DNA of 59,110 bases, counting the filler, from Sphacelaria rigidula (lineage: Eukaryota), in NCBI GenBank assembly GCA_964200075.2. It is 4 parts of 4 records of this genome, joined end to end, with 100 filler letters (N's around TTAATTAATTAA, not from the genome) between each part and the next. Parts side by side here need not be neighbours in the genome. Positions count along the whole stretch, not along the records: positions 29,608 to 44,309 come from CAXNAA020002086.1; positions 44,410 to 59,110 come from CAXNAA020002087.1; 2 more parts are not named here. One strand, 5' to 3'. The stretch's first letter is position 1, and each line of letters begins with the position of its first letter. The notes beneath the pieces were generated by a model. That model made no database searches, was not told where the DNA came from, and saw only the letters and a program-made list of their open reading frames with translations. The position numbers and the translations under genes were made by a program. This document shows positions 37,476 through 49,069 of this stretch, piece by piece.

Positions 37476-38320
37476 GATAGCGAGTAATGATCGCTTGTGA
37501 CCACCACGAAAAGTGTCGAAATGTGCTTACATGGTCAGCGCCGATATCTCGATCACGGCCGCCTTGTACTGCGTTTTCTGTGCATACGTACCAAGCACGA
37601 CGGAAACATTGCGGCAGCGACCAGGGGACGGGGGGCAGCCGAGTCGGTCACATTGAAGAGAAGCAACGCGTCGGAGTCGTGGTAACCCTTGAACAATGTT
37701 CCTGTGACGCTACTGATCATTGTTCGTACACAAGGGGACAAGCTCTCCCACACGCACAGCGGACAGGCGGTCCCATAGGCACCGTGGCGAACAAGCTTCC
37801 CGGGGTTTTGAAGTCACCTCCCAATTTAAAAAAAATGAAAACATCACCAGAGTCTGAAACCTACGTTTTTTTTTCGTGTGTTGTAGTCGACTATAGGGGT
37901 ATGTCCAAGCATAGACGTTAGCCAATGCTTTTGGCAACATGCAGCGGGTGTTGTTTGAAGAAGATCACCAAGCAAGCATGTGTGCCGGAGTCGACAACCA
38001 GCACGTCGTACCTGAACTACATCACTCATTGCGGCCGATGACTCGAGGAAGTGGTCATGAGGACAATTCCATTGGCAGCATGAAACCGCTAGCCACGGCC
38101 AACAATCGTGGCGATTCTCCTTTGATTACAGTGACAGGAGACTGAAAGAAACAAATACCCAACCCTATTCGTCGAACGGGACCACCATACGACACGCGTA
38201 TGAACCGCCACGATTGTTGATCCAATCCTACCTCAATGGGAACCTACTGGGTTGTACTACCTCGCAACATGTTCATGGCTATTTTCTTGGGTGTTCATAT
38301 GTTATCATCCTCTTCAATCC

Positions 38321-38595
38321 CTCGGGACGAGTGCGTCGTCTCAAGGGATCAACCTTGCCCCCCTGAGTAACGTCTTGCCTGACAATCCACTGCTCGAAAT
38401 TGCATTGCACCACCACTCGCGCAGCGCGTCGACTCTCATTTGCTGTCGCCTATTACCAACGTCTTTACCACTCTCCGATGCCGGACTTCAAACTCTGTGT
38501 GAAAAACATGGGCAAACAATCTATTATCTGTCGGGAGTCGAACCCACGACATCCGCCCAAACCGACCGTTGCTCCACCACTTTGACCACCCGGGC
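38321..38595 (-). mobile_element. tRNA-derived SINE family 2
   Basis: Minus-strand head ...gtggtcaaagtgg...gtcgtgggttcgactcccgac and the shared tail. Confidence 0.6.
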
Positions 38596-39520
38596 GTGAC
38601 GATAATTCTACTGTACTACTGACTGTGGTTCTTTCCAAAGAACCACCACCACGGATTATCACTCGAGATCGAATGGCTATGTGCCGCGCATGGCCTACGT
38701 CCCTGCAGTGATTGATCCAATCAGCACCGCGAAGACTGTCCATCAAAGCCGATTGTCAATATGTCAACGTAGACTAGTCACCCTTTGTATCTCTTCTGTT
38801 CGAATGAAAGCGATTTTCCCACGCTTTCCTGTTACCAAGACTCATCGCTGTTGCCGTTCGATCTCAAACCCCGGGGGTCAGGATACATTCCTCCCCGACA
38901 CAAATCCCGGAAGAAATCTCCCCTGTAGTCACTTTAGCACGATTTACGGGCCAGCTTGTCGTCGGGGGTCCTACGAGTATACGGTCCCAGGTTCTTGCTC
39001 TTCGCTACTTTTAAGAGCCGCTCTTAGTGCGTTTGCCACAGGAAAAAGAACGCGGTTCACCGCGGTGTGTGGACAATATACGCGAACGTGCAAACTCCAG
39101 CACCCATGAACCGCTTTACCGCGGAAGGTCGCATTTCCCATCTACTCTGCCGTATCGCTTCTCCTTTGGTACAGCACCGCAGATGACGACTACCGCGCTG
39201 TGTTGTACCGTAATTCATCAAAACTGTGGCAAGTACCGCGCAACATCTGTACCGTATCGCAGTGAGAATAGAGCAAAAATCACGGTGCTGTGCTTGTCAA
39301 ATATATGCATACTTCGATCAAGGGGGCGTGTATACCTCTCAAAGTGACAGGCGCAGTTGTTCGAGACTTGCATGCGTGATAACGGTTTTACCCGAACTTT
39401 TCGTCTTCAATTGTTTTTGTTCCACTTTGCATGTGCCATCCTTTACATGATGGAAATTGTTCCCTACATATGCTGTTTTTCGTCGCACGTTCAACCCTCC
39501 CCCCTCCCCCCGCCGCCTTC

Positions 39521-39941
39521 CTCGGCATAAGTGTCTGGTCTCAAGAGATCAACCCGTCTGTCCACATCTTTCTTCCGCGTGTTGGTGTTGACCACTAGTA
39601 CAGTAGCCAAACATGGCTGAGAGGGTGGGTTGCGGAGTTTACTAGGGCACGTCTGTCGAAGGCTCAGTAGCGAACGAGCGCTGGTACAAGAAGAGGTCCG
39701 TGGCTCCCCGGTACACGCCTAACACCTTGGTCTCGCGATAAAATCACCATTCCCGCACCGCCCCGACCGTCGTCAAACAACACAAGTGAAGAAAAATCTC
39801 ACCAGTACTCACACTCATCTTCTCACGCTTTAGACCGCGGAAAATCGGATACTTAGGAGAAGAAGACCCAACCGCATCTACTGGGAATCGAGCCGGCGTT
39901 GTTTCCACCCTCAAGGGATCAACTGTACCGATAGACTACCA
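39521..39941 (-). mobile_element. tRNA-derived SINE (family 2-type tail)
   Basis: Tail ggttgatctcttgagaccagacac and tRNA-like head tggtagtctatcgg...ggctcgattccc. Confidence 0.45.
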
Positions 39942-42270
39942 TCCCTTGTGTCCTGTACTCAGGGGTTTGGGTGTTTTTTCCCTGTCAAAACATTTTTGTT
40001 CCCAGCTCCACCTTTCATTTCTCTAGCTTTTAGTTTCTATTTTCTCTTCTTCGGGGAGGGGAGGGGGGGAGGGGGGGGTTGCGATCATCAGTGGGGTTAC
40101 GCTTCCTTCTGCAGCTTCTGATCGGAGTAAGGAACGATTGTAAAATTAGTCCTTGAGCTTTTCGTGTGCCACGGGCCGTTAGTCTCTTCTCGGGGAGGTT
40201 TCTTGCTCGCTTTCGTTTTATGCACGGACAGTTGAACATACATGCTATGGTGGAGCTTGCTCTTCACTTTTGGAGGGGCGGCACAGTAGAGTCGTTAGTC
40301 GTACCGTGCCTGCTTCCCACTGTTTTGGTAGTTTTCCAGAGCAGTTCCGCGATCGTTCAGGCCAGGGCCTCGCGGCCGGACTTCTCTCTACAACTGGGAA
40401 AATAAATGCAGCCTGACTGGGAATTCGATGTAAACGCCAAGTTGGAGGTACCCGTTGCAACGAAGTCCTCCTTACATCGGAAAACGATCATTTCACACCC
40501 GACATAGAAAATCCATGCTATCTCCGGGTGCTCCTGGAGACAAACAAGCCAGAAATCAAACCTAAGCTATCGAGGTAGTGGGAGGAGCCATACGTTTGGG
40601 CAACGTCGGGTCAAATCCGGCTCCGGAACTGCCAAATGAAGGTTCAGCACTTGAACCGACAGGTTCGGACCAGTTCACATGAAATTCAACCAATTTGCGG
40701 GCCAGTGTTGCCCCTCTCGCTTGTTCCGGCTATTTCAACACATTCTCAACACGTTCTCGACACGTTCTCCAAGACATCATCAAGAGCCGGAAACTAGTAG
40801 ATGGCACGCGCGAATATATACAATTAATCTCCACAACACTGGAGAAGTCTCATGCGGAAGTTGGTCCCTTGGTTTCTCCAAGTCTCCAAGGATAAGAGAA
40901 TAGTCACTCGTCCACGGGGGTGATATTTATCGTTTTGGTCTATCGCAACCGAACAGTGGTCCCCCCTGCCTACCCCCATCAGTTGGGGTACGTAGGAAGG
41001 GTGGGGATGTGTTGACAATACCTCTGCACGCCTTTTGAGAGCATCATGTACACCATTCGCACATGGCTGATACGTGAAATATCCCCCGCCCCCAGCATTA
41101 GGGTTTTTGAGGAGAAAATACGCTTCTCCTCGTCGTTGAGGGATGAAGCGTAGTCTAGGCTCAGCAAGTAGGATGGATGTATAGGTCCTAGTGATGCCAT
41201 TCGCGTGTTCAGGAGCATCGCCAATTGTAGCATGTTGGAGACCGTAACGGTATATAACAACCCTTGGGCGTACCCAGGAAGGGGATGGAGCAATGTCGTC
41301 TCCGGGGTGTCTACAATTCCACCATGGAAAATGGGAGCATTCCTGATACTTGGGGCAGACTGTTGACTTTCTAGCGGTACCAGTCACATGTTTCAAACTT
41401 GTTGGAGTCAAATGGCTAACACGTCGGACGTTGGATAACACCCCCTCTCCCCTGCGAATGTTCGGGAAGGGTAAGCGTTGATGCTATCCCCTGGGGAAAG
41501 GGACGGGAAAGGGAAGGGTCGAAACTCAGTAGGGTAGAGCGAACACGTTCGGCGATGTCTCCCGCGTGTCCAGGACCCTCGCGGTACCGTATATGTTTCA
41601 GTATCGCGCACTGTGTACCGCAGTGATCCCACGACGACCAAGATCCATACCGTACAACCATTTCCCACAAACCGTGGGCGAGGACAGGCGCGATATTTTT
41701 GTTTCACCAGACGGATGCCGATCGTTGTAATTAACGTTCTATTCGCTCACACTTTTGGATCCAACTATTCATTCCGCTATCACCGCAAAAGTCGCCCTTT
41801 TGGAACAGTTCACGGCCAATTTCACGTCGTTTTGTTCTGACAACACAAAATTGGGAAGTGTGTTCTGGGGGCGACCTACTTCATTTCCAACGCCTATCGA
41901 TTCCCAGATATTTTAGGGAAGGTGTTCAGTCGACAGAAAAAAAAGCCCAGTTCAGTTGAAAGGGTCAGTTACTCCAAAGGTCGGACGGAATAATGATGCG
42001 TCTGGAAATTACTCGATTTTAGGCTAATTGATTCGCACAGTACGATCACTCCTTAGGCTTTGTTTTCAGCGTTGCATGCCAGGTACGCGCACGCTAGGCA
42101 CGTGGAATGACAAAAAAATTGCGTGTAGACATATTTGTATGACCAGCGGTCAGTTCGTTTTTCTCTTTCGAGCAATCAGTCCGGAAAAATCGTGGACTTG
42201 GTGATTTGAACCGGTGATGATCCGTCCGAACAGTGAAATATTTTAACGTTGACAATTGTGCACCACTTAC

Positions 42271-42375
42271 GCTGTGGTTGTCGTTGATTTTCTTCAACGC
42301 ATAGCGCACCCCCGTTCGCCGGTGCATGACCTTGGACACTGTTCCAAAGCCGCCCTCGCCCAGTTGACCCTCGAC
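42271..42375 (-). CDS. Protein kinase exon (subdomains I-II)
   Basis: cag|VEGQLGEGGFGTVSKVMHRRTGVRYALKKINDNHS|gtaagt; glycine-rich loop and AxK lysine; 105 nt. Confidence 0.92.
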
Positions 42376-43294
42376 CTGCGAGCAATCAAACGTGAGCGAA
42401 ATATCAGAGAAAATAGGGGTACCGCAGTATTCAGTACAGCTTTGTTCCGGCAACCTCAAAATCGTCCGACCCGTTGTACGAAACGAACGCTGTCATTCGG
42501 CAGTGGCGCTGTTTAACATGTCACCGAAAAACATGCGGCTGGAACTGACTTCGCAAGAGCGCTCATGGTGAGTAGTTTGGCTATCCGCTGCTGGCTTCGC
42601 ACGAGTGCTCTTCACATATTCTCAAATGATCATGCGGGCTGGTTTGGGCTGTTTTCTTCTGACGGATAAGGACATTTTTCCCCCTTTGTGGCCGCTCCGT
42701 GGTTCTTCCCTTCATCTATCGTCTCGCCTGTGATTGGATCGGTGCTTTTGCAAGGGTCTTGGTGGATAAAACCAGTGTTCCGGCAGCATGGATGGACAAT
42801 CCTTGGCGATCGGAGGGGTCGATTTACCACAAACGACGTTCAAGTGTGCCCCTGAACATGGTTTAGGTGTAGATACTCTCTCTCTTGCTTTTCAGATGAG
42901 ATATCGCTTCCTAGTTTTCTGCAGTTTCGACATGAGCGGCGGACTATATTTCCTAAATTCAGCCTCAAGAAGCGTCGTCGGTTGGCACTTACTTCGCGTT
43001 TACGGCACGCACTGGCACATATGCGGACCCCACTGAAGATGTCGGAATCGCCTGCGTGGTTTGATACAGGGTTCCCGCCTGTCTGAATCGGGCTATGATA
43101 GCCTCTGTTTGTAAAGGGTTACGACGCTACGAGGTCCTGACGCTACGTCACGTACTTGAGATAACTGATTCGCGTACAACACGCACGGGAGGTACGGAAT
43201 CCAGTGTATTCAGCAGACCATCTCGCGTAGCTGTCACACCAAAAAGACAACTACTGACTTGGTCCCTACCATAGCGCATAGAGCACAGACATAC

Positions 43295-43408
43295 CTTCAG
43301 CTCATCCTCGAGAGCGTAGGTCGCCATATCCTGCACGAAGCTAGGCGCAGTCTCAGCTTGAAGACGCTCCAAGAATTGCAGGCGCGCTCGACCCTCGTTG
43401 TGTACAAA
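43295..43408 (-). CDS. Protein kinase exon preceding the kinase domain
   Basis: cag|FVHNEGRARLQFLERLQAETAPSFVQDMATYALEDELK|gtatgt; phase 0 joins to VEGQLG; upstream exons probably lie beyond the scaffold end. Confidence 0.75.
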
Positions 43409-43804
43409 CTGCTTAGGGTATGTAACGCGGGTAGAGTACAACATCACAGAGAGGGGGGCGGGAGGAACGCCTATGAACACTGTGTTTTTCTCGTTGTATC
43501 AGGTGACACGCGCTTGGAAAGTCGAAGAGCCACTCGTGATGCAAATCTCGACCGTCATTTTTGGAGCTCCTGGCCAAGAAACGCAAAACGGAAGAAGCCA
43601 ACGGTACCTGACTCCCGTGGCAAACAAAGAGGCTTTATAAAGATTAGATCCTACTATACGATAATGTATAGGTCGGTGACTGCCGCGCGGTTTGAGTTCT
43701 CGGCGGATTTGGCCTGAAAGATAGAGCAGTTGCTCAGTGCACTCACAGCAAACATCAACACTCTCCCCCGGGGGAAAAGGGAAATATCCCGCAACATACA
43801 TAGA

Positions 43805-43880
43805 AGCCGATCGCCCCGGTGGCTCAGTTGGTGAACTCGAAAGCTTCTGGCGGTGAGGTCGTGGGCTCGAATCTTGGTTA
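43805..43880 (+). mobile_element. SINE family 1, tRNA-like head only
   Basis: cgccccggtggctcagttggtg...gtcgtgggctcgaatcttgg. Confidence 0.6.
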
Positions 43881-44309
43881 GGCATTAGCTCTGTAAGCGC
43901 GCTGAAGGTTTAGCTTAATTTGAGGTTATCGGGCTTAAATAAGCTCTTTTCCGAAAAGCTTCAAGAGAGCTCAAGATGTCTGGAGAGCTAATAATGTGCT
44001 CGAAACCCGCATCAAATTGCGATATTCTTTCATGCGCCTCCTGTATCAGCTGCTTGAAAGTGCTCACTACGGTCTATGGCGTGACTCGTCACTCGTCACT
44101 CGTAACCAGACAGGCTTCAATATTCAATACTCCAAACTGCCATGGTTGCGGGTCTGATCCGAAAACGTTCGGCATTATGTTTCATATACTTGATACTATG
44201 TTGAATTGAAAAATGTAATCAAAAATTTGTACAGGAGCAATGCTACGGTAGGGGTGCACTTTTTTCGCGAAATATGGTCTGGTTGACGGGCTCCTAACGA
44301 TTCTAGACG

Positions 44310-44409
44310 NNNNNNNNNNNNNNNNNNNNNNNNNNNNNNNNNNNNNNNNNNNNTTAATTAATTAANNNNNNNNNNNNNNNNNNNNNNNNNNNNNNNNNNN
44401 NNNNNNNNN
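44310..44409. other. Artificial scaffold spacer
   Basis: 44N-TTAATTAATTAA-44N. Confidence 0.98.
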
Positions 44410-45232
44410 CTCAGGGTTCAGTTTTCGGGGTTTACCTAGAGGAATTCGTCATATCCTGGCCTTAAATCCGAACTTTCTTAATAATCTCTGAGTTTTTCTT
44501 CATCCCTCAGTTCTGATTGTGTTTCCGAAACTCTCTATTATCCACTTGTTATACGGAATTTTATATTGATCCCCGAGAACTGGTACTCTGAGGAAAGATC
44601 GGACATCGTTAGCATGTCCGTGATATTAAACTACGTATGCCCCATCCGACATTTCGTTAGCATGTAATTGCTAGTGCTCGAAACGTGAAAACGTTCAAAA
44701 TCGGTCGATGATGGGTGGAAAATGAATAAAAAAGGGCCAAAATCAGGTATTTTGTGACCCATTTCTAGTGTAAAACTATAACTTCGTTTTTTTTTTTTAC
44801 TAGCTTCGTCTGCGCTTGGCCTTTCTAACGAACCCAACCACAACATCGTTGCCACCACTGGCATACCTAAACAATGTATCGCCGTCAGGTACCTTTACTT
44901 GTAGGACAGAGGAAGTATTATATGCTATTACCATAATCCAGCTGAACGGTAATGGAGTGCGTCTCCGTGTACCCTGAGCAATTGGAGACGTCCGCGGCAG
45001 CACTCTGATTATTCACAACGCTCAGAATGCAGTTCTCCCCCCCTCCTCGGAACGAACTCGTGGTCTCAAGATATCAACCATCAAATGCTCCGTGTTGGAG
45101 GGGATGCGTGGTCTATGGTCAAACGGTTGAGGCAAGCAAACAAATGAACACGCCCCCGGCCCCCGCGTACCCCTTCCTGCTCGGAACGAACTCGTGGTCT
45201 TCAGACATCGCCATCAACCCATCTCTCTCACG

Positions 45233-45575
45233 GTTGTCGTCTCATCTATTCTGGACGCCGGTGTACACCTTCCGGTGTATGTGGGCGCACCAGCCGGGGT
45301 CACACAGGAGCAAAGTCAACACAGAAATTGTTTCTTTCTAGTACTCCACCTTCCTTCTGCGGTGCTTGCCTTTATCTATTCATTGCGAGAGGGGTTCAGC
45401 AGTCCCTTTCCCTCGTCGACCGTTAGATCGAATTATGTCTTCCCACGACATAGTCGCTCTTCACTGTCGGGCATGGTGTGATAAAAAAATCCCAGATCGC
45501 TCCGAGATTTGAACCCACTACTCAACTGCTATAAGGTTTCGAGGTTACCAACTAAGCCACCGGGGGGCCACCGGC
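45233..45575 (-). mobile_element. SINE family 1, full-length copy
   Basis: Reverse complement of the 27891-28257 element (ctggacgccggtgtacacc...gcgcaccagccggggtcacacagg...ttaccaactaagccaccgggg). Confidence 0.75.
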
Positions 45576-45938
45576 CATCACGGTACACACCTTGCGTTTT
45601 GTTGTAGCGGATAGAGACAGCACTCTCGCACCGCTTTCACTTGCCTCAGATAAAGTTTCTTTGCTACTTGTACACTCACGTGGGTCCCCACGTTTGCAAC
45701 GATTCAACGATGGGAATCAGATGCTCCTCAGGGAAAAGCCCAATTGCATCGGCCGGGGAAAGAACCCACTTGCTTCTGACCTCATAATTTGGTTTCACTC
45801 GTGACCGATGAGAACACTTTCGCGCTCGAATATCGTGCTTACGCCGTGAAAATCCGAGGCGGCTCTTTCCCCCTCTGGTCCATCTACCCTCCGTGTTTGT
45901 GATAATTGATCATAGCACTCGAGACTACATGGCCCTCT

Positions 45939-46049
45939 ATAACCCGTAGCCCGCGAGAGTGGGTCATCTGTTGAAGTGGCATCAATTTCACTTGAAAAAA
46001 GTATGTGTGATGTGATCCAGATGGGCTACCCTCGCGGTCTAGGGCTCAA
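45939..46049 (+). mobile_element. ~110-bp piggyBac-like MITE copy
   Basis: taacccgtag...ggtcatctgttgaagtggcatcaatttcac...ctaccctcgcggtctagggc matches the 2566-2690 element. Confidence 0.55.
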
Positions 46050-46249
46050 CATGCCACATGCCCCGTGAACAAAGGGTACAGCCACCCATGTTCACCCACC
46101 GGACTGCTGACGAAACAAGCCGTTTCGCGACGAGACCCGCTGTCGACATGTCAACCTCCAACCCTTTGCCCTCCAGAGTGGGCAATCCGCTGAACCGCCA
46201 TAATCTTCACTCGAAAAATGGAAGCAGAAAAGGCCCTGATGACTAGCCC

Positions 46250-48050
46250 TGGAGGTTCAAGGGGTGGACGCCAATGTCGTTTGTCAAACGGCACTGTCTT
46301 GTATCTTGCACTAACTACTCCACACCTGAATCGGCAGTCCACTTGATAAATGAATGCCGCACAGATATACTTGTGCATTTCGGGGCGCTCAAAAGGATCG
46401 CTTGCCGTCACCAGAAAATTATGAGGCGAAATTTTCTTGTGAAAACACACAGTTTCGCGCAGTCTCTCAAAAGCATGAAATTGTTCATTGCAGGGTGTGG
46501 CGGGAAATTTGCGTGTGCTGTCACCTCCTCTATATTTTGGATGCTAGTGTGAAGCTTTCGGTATATGTGGACGCATCAGCCGACGTCGTGCAGGAGTAAA
46601 ATCAATCAACAAAGGAGTTTTTTTCAAATATTTTTTTCTTGTTCTATAATGACTACTCGTACGGTTGTTGCCCACCTTGTCGCAACAAAGGTTCAGCAGT
46701 CCCTTTCCCCTTGTCCGCTCTCAAGTTGAGCGTCGTATACTCACGACACAGCCGCGCTTCACTATTGGGGCATGATGTGAGAAAAATCCAAGATGGTGCG
46801 ACTTTACCGAGATTCGAACTAACGCCGCCACCGTCAGAGGGTTTCGAGGTTATCCACGGAACTATCAGGGCGACTGGCTCCATGTGGAAAAACTGGAAAA
46901 CAAAGGATATTTCACCCATTCAGAGCCAGGTTGAGTTTCACCCGCAACATAGATCGTGGTGGATAGTATTATCTCGGGAAGACTCCCTACACTGTACGGT
47001 ACGAACGTCCTGTTTTGAGAGATTCGCGGCGCACTTTTCCCATCTCAGTTTGACTTACTGCGCTGATGCATTCCCAGAGTATTTACTCCTCAAAACTAGA
47101 AGAGGAACGCGAATAAAATCGTGGATTTTTGGGCTCTACATGAAAATCGTCACTTCTTGTACAATAGTCGGGCGAAAGTCGAACTGCGAGTCCAGGAAAG
47201 ATGGGGAAAGTGCACCGGAATCCTCTCGCAAGGTGCAGCAAGTCTTTCCGGGGTGGCACAATCGAATACGCCACGTTGTGTCGGGGGCGAAAAAACGGTG
47301 CTTACTCGCCAAAGCAGGCATTAGTCAGAGTCGTTTCATCATGCTCACAAGAAGCAGAGGTTCATTCAACTCACTCGGTTCTTGGCGGAACTTGAGATTC
47401 GATATACGTTCAAACAGGGGTATATCGAATCACAGGTGAAGTCACAACGCGGGTTATTATCTCTCGTCTCGAGCATGGCCCTCTCGCCATCCTACGGGGG
47501 AATGGATGGGCCGTTTTCACCCGTCTGTGCCACTGGAAAATCTCCCGTCGGCTCCTCCGCGACCACACCGACACAAAGGCCAATGCAATGGCTCAGGGAA
47601 TCTCAAACATCATGCACTTCCAAAATACTTGGGAGGGAAAACGCACGATATATGCATAGGGCGCGATAGTGCAGTATTTTTCAATTTCTCGTGAATATCT
47701 GCCGACGTTTGGTGAACAAGGGGTCAAGTAGAGCATCAACGTCATCACATGCACCGACTGTCGGAATAAGAAGAAGGACGCGCTGCGCCTCTTCTGTGGA
47801 GACGGAATCGCATAGTGGGGAAAGAACACGACACGAGGGAGCCAGGAGAAGGACGGGCTCCTCAGGGTTGACACCAACACAGCTAGATGGTCGAATGGTT
47901 GACTCAAGTGTGTGCTCCCTCAACCAACGCAATTCCACTACAGCACGAGAAGAATGTGCTGCGTACCAAGTGACAACCCTTGACCCGGCGCGCCCCAAGA
48001 TGGGACGCGGGCTTAGACCAAGCCGGCGACAGAACTCCGTGGTTGAACGT
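46250..48050 (-). mobile_element. Decayed Ty1/Copia RT-RNase H remnant interrupted by a SINE
   Basis: Frameshifted motifs in Copia order: LLI..GACDDVDALL..L, RP(D)..AY, ERI..HL, LRDCAK..F, SAPK..ISVRHSFI (cf. R.KHIDVR.HFI). Confidence 0.4.
46678..46877 (-). mobile_element. SINE family 1, partial copy
   Basis: ggttcagcagtccctttcccc...gggcatgatgtgagaaaaatcc...gagattcgaac...ccgtcagagggtttcgaggtta. Confidence 0.65.
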
Positions 48051-49069
48051 ACTTCGACTTAAATGACATCATTACCCCGTCGGCTATCACCCATAGAACG
48101 TGCATAGCCCGCAAAGAAAGCTGCCCAAGAACGAGTGAATCATCTGCGTGGGGAACACGCACGTTGGACACTGTATACTGTACTGGATGCGCGCTCGGTT
48201 GTGCTCGTGCTATACTTCTTGTTACCCCTAGATGTTTGAGCGAGCACAGCAAACCCGGTACGATAAGGTGGAGTATGGCGCAGTACCACACCGTCAACAC
48301 ATGGGATGGTCCAGCACACAACAAAAATGCGTGATTCCTATTTTCGATGTCGCAACATGCGGAGTTAACCTATATCGGATGTTCACTCAGTGGTCTCCTC
48401 GCGGTGTTCGTTCATGTCGGGACATCGTTTGCGGAGTACAATCAGTTGTACAGTAAGTAGTAGAGTAGGGTGGCAAAGAACTACCAAAGAAACTGCACGG
48501 ACAGAGCAAGAACACAGGCAGCAAAAATAGCTACACCAGTGTTACATCATATTATTCAAAGCGAACGTCATGGATTACAAGCACAATTCGCCGCTCTTCA
48601 AATTCGCCGGACGACCCTACTGGTGGATAACGTCACACGAATAAGAGAACCATTGCCGTCGGTGGTTTATACTTGTAGCGACCAAACATCTTTTACGTTT
48701 CGAGTACAGCTGCGTTTCGCGGTGCTGTAGAATATTGTCTGTCCGTTCTACTGTTGTTGCAAGTTCGGTTAACACAGTGGCGGCCGCGGCCAGTCGCCTA
48801 TTGTATTGACCAAACTCTCACTCGAAAAATGAGAGACCCGATGACTTCAAAGGGTTGATCATTGTTTCTTGCTCGATACGCTGCTGACGACCCAACTCCG
48901 GCGCCAACACCACCCCACAAGGTGCAGACCGATTCAATGTTGAGCAATCATCTTTCAACAGACATTCGTCTACAGACGTCTGCAGACAATTCTGATCGAT
49001 TGATCACCGATACATTGAAGACACGCAGCGAACATACGCATGAACAACACAGGGCTTGCTCACTCTCAC

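Noticed and set aside
40974..41066. Candidate kinase subdomain III-IV exon (DALKRRAEVLSTHPHPSYVPQLMG) with cag/gt borders
   Set aside because: It lacks the alphaC Glu at the expected spacing, and its phase-0 end does not fit the next exon; 36800-36852 plus 36092-36241 supply these subdomains better.
45680..45840. Possible further EsV-1-7-like exon (RKCSHRSRVKPNYE...|gtgagt)
   Set aside because: The second Cys and the C-x2-H are absent, there is no convincing acceptor, and the flanking region overlaps repeats.
46639..47439. 266-aa plus-strand ORF
   Set aside because: It overlaps an antisense SINE and a minus-strand Copia remnant; likely a chance ORF.
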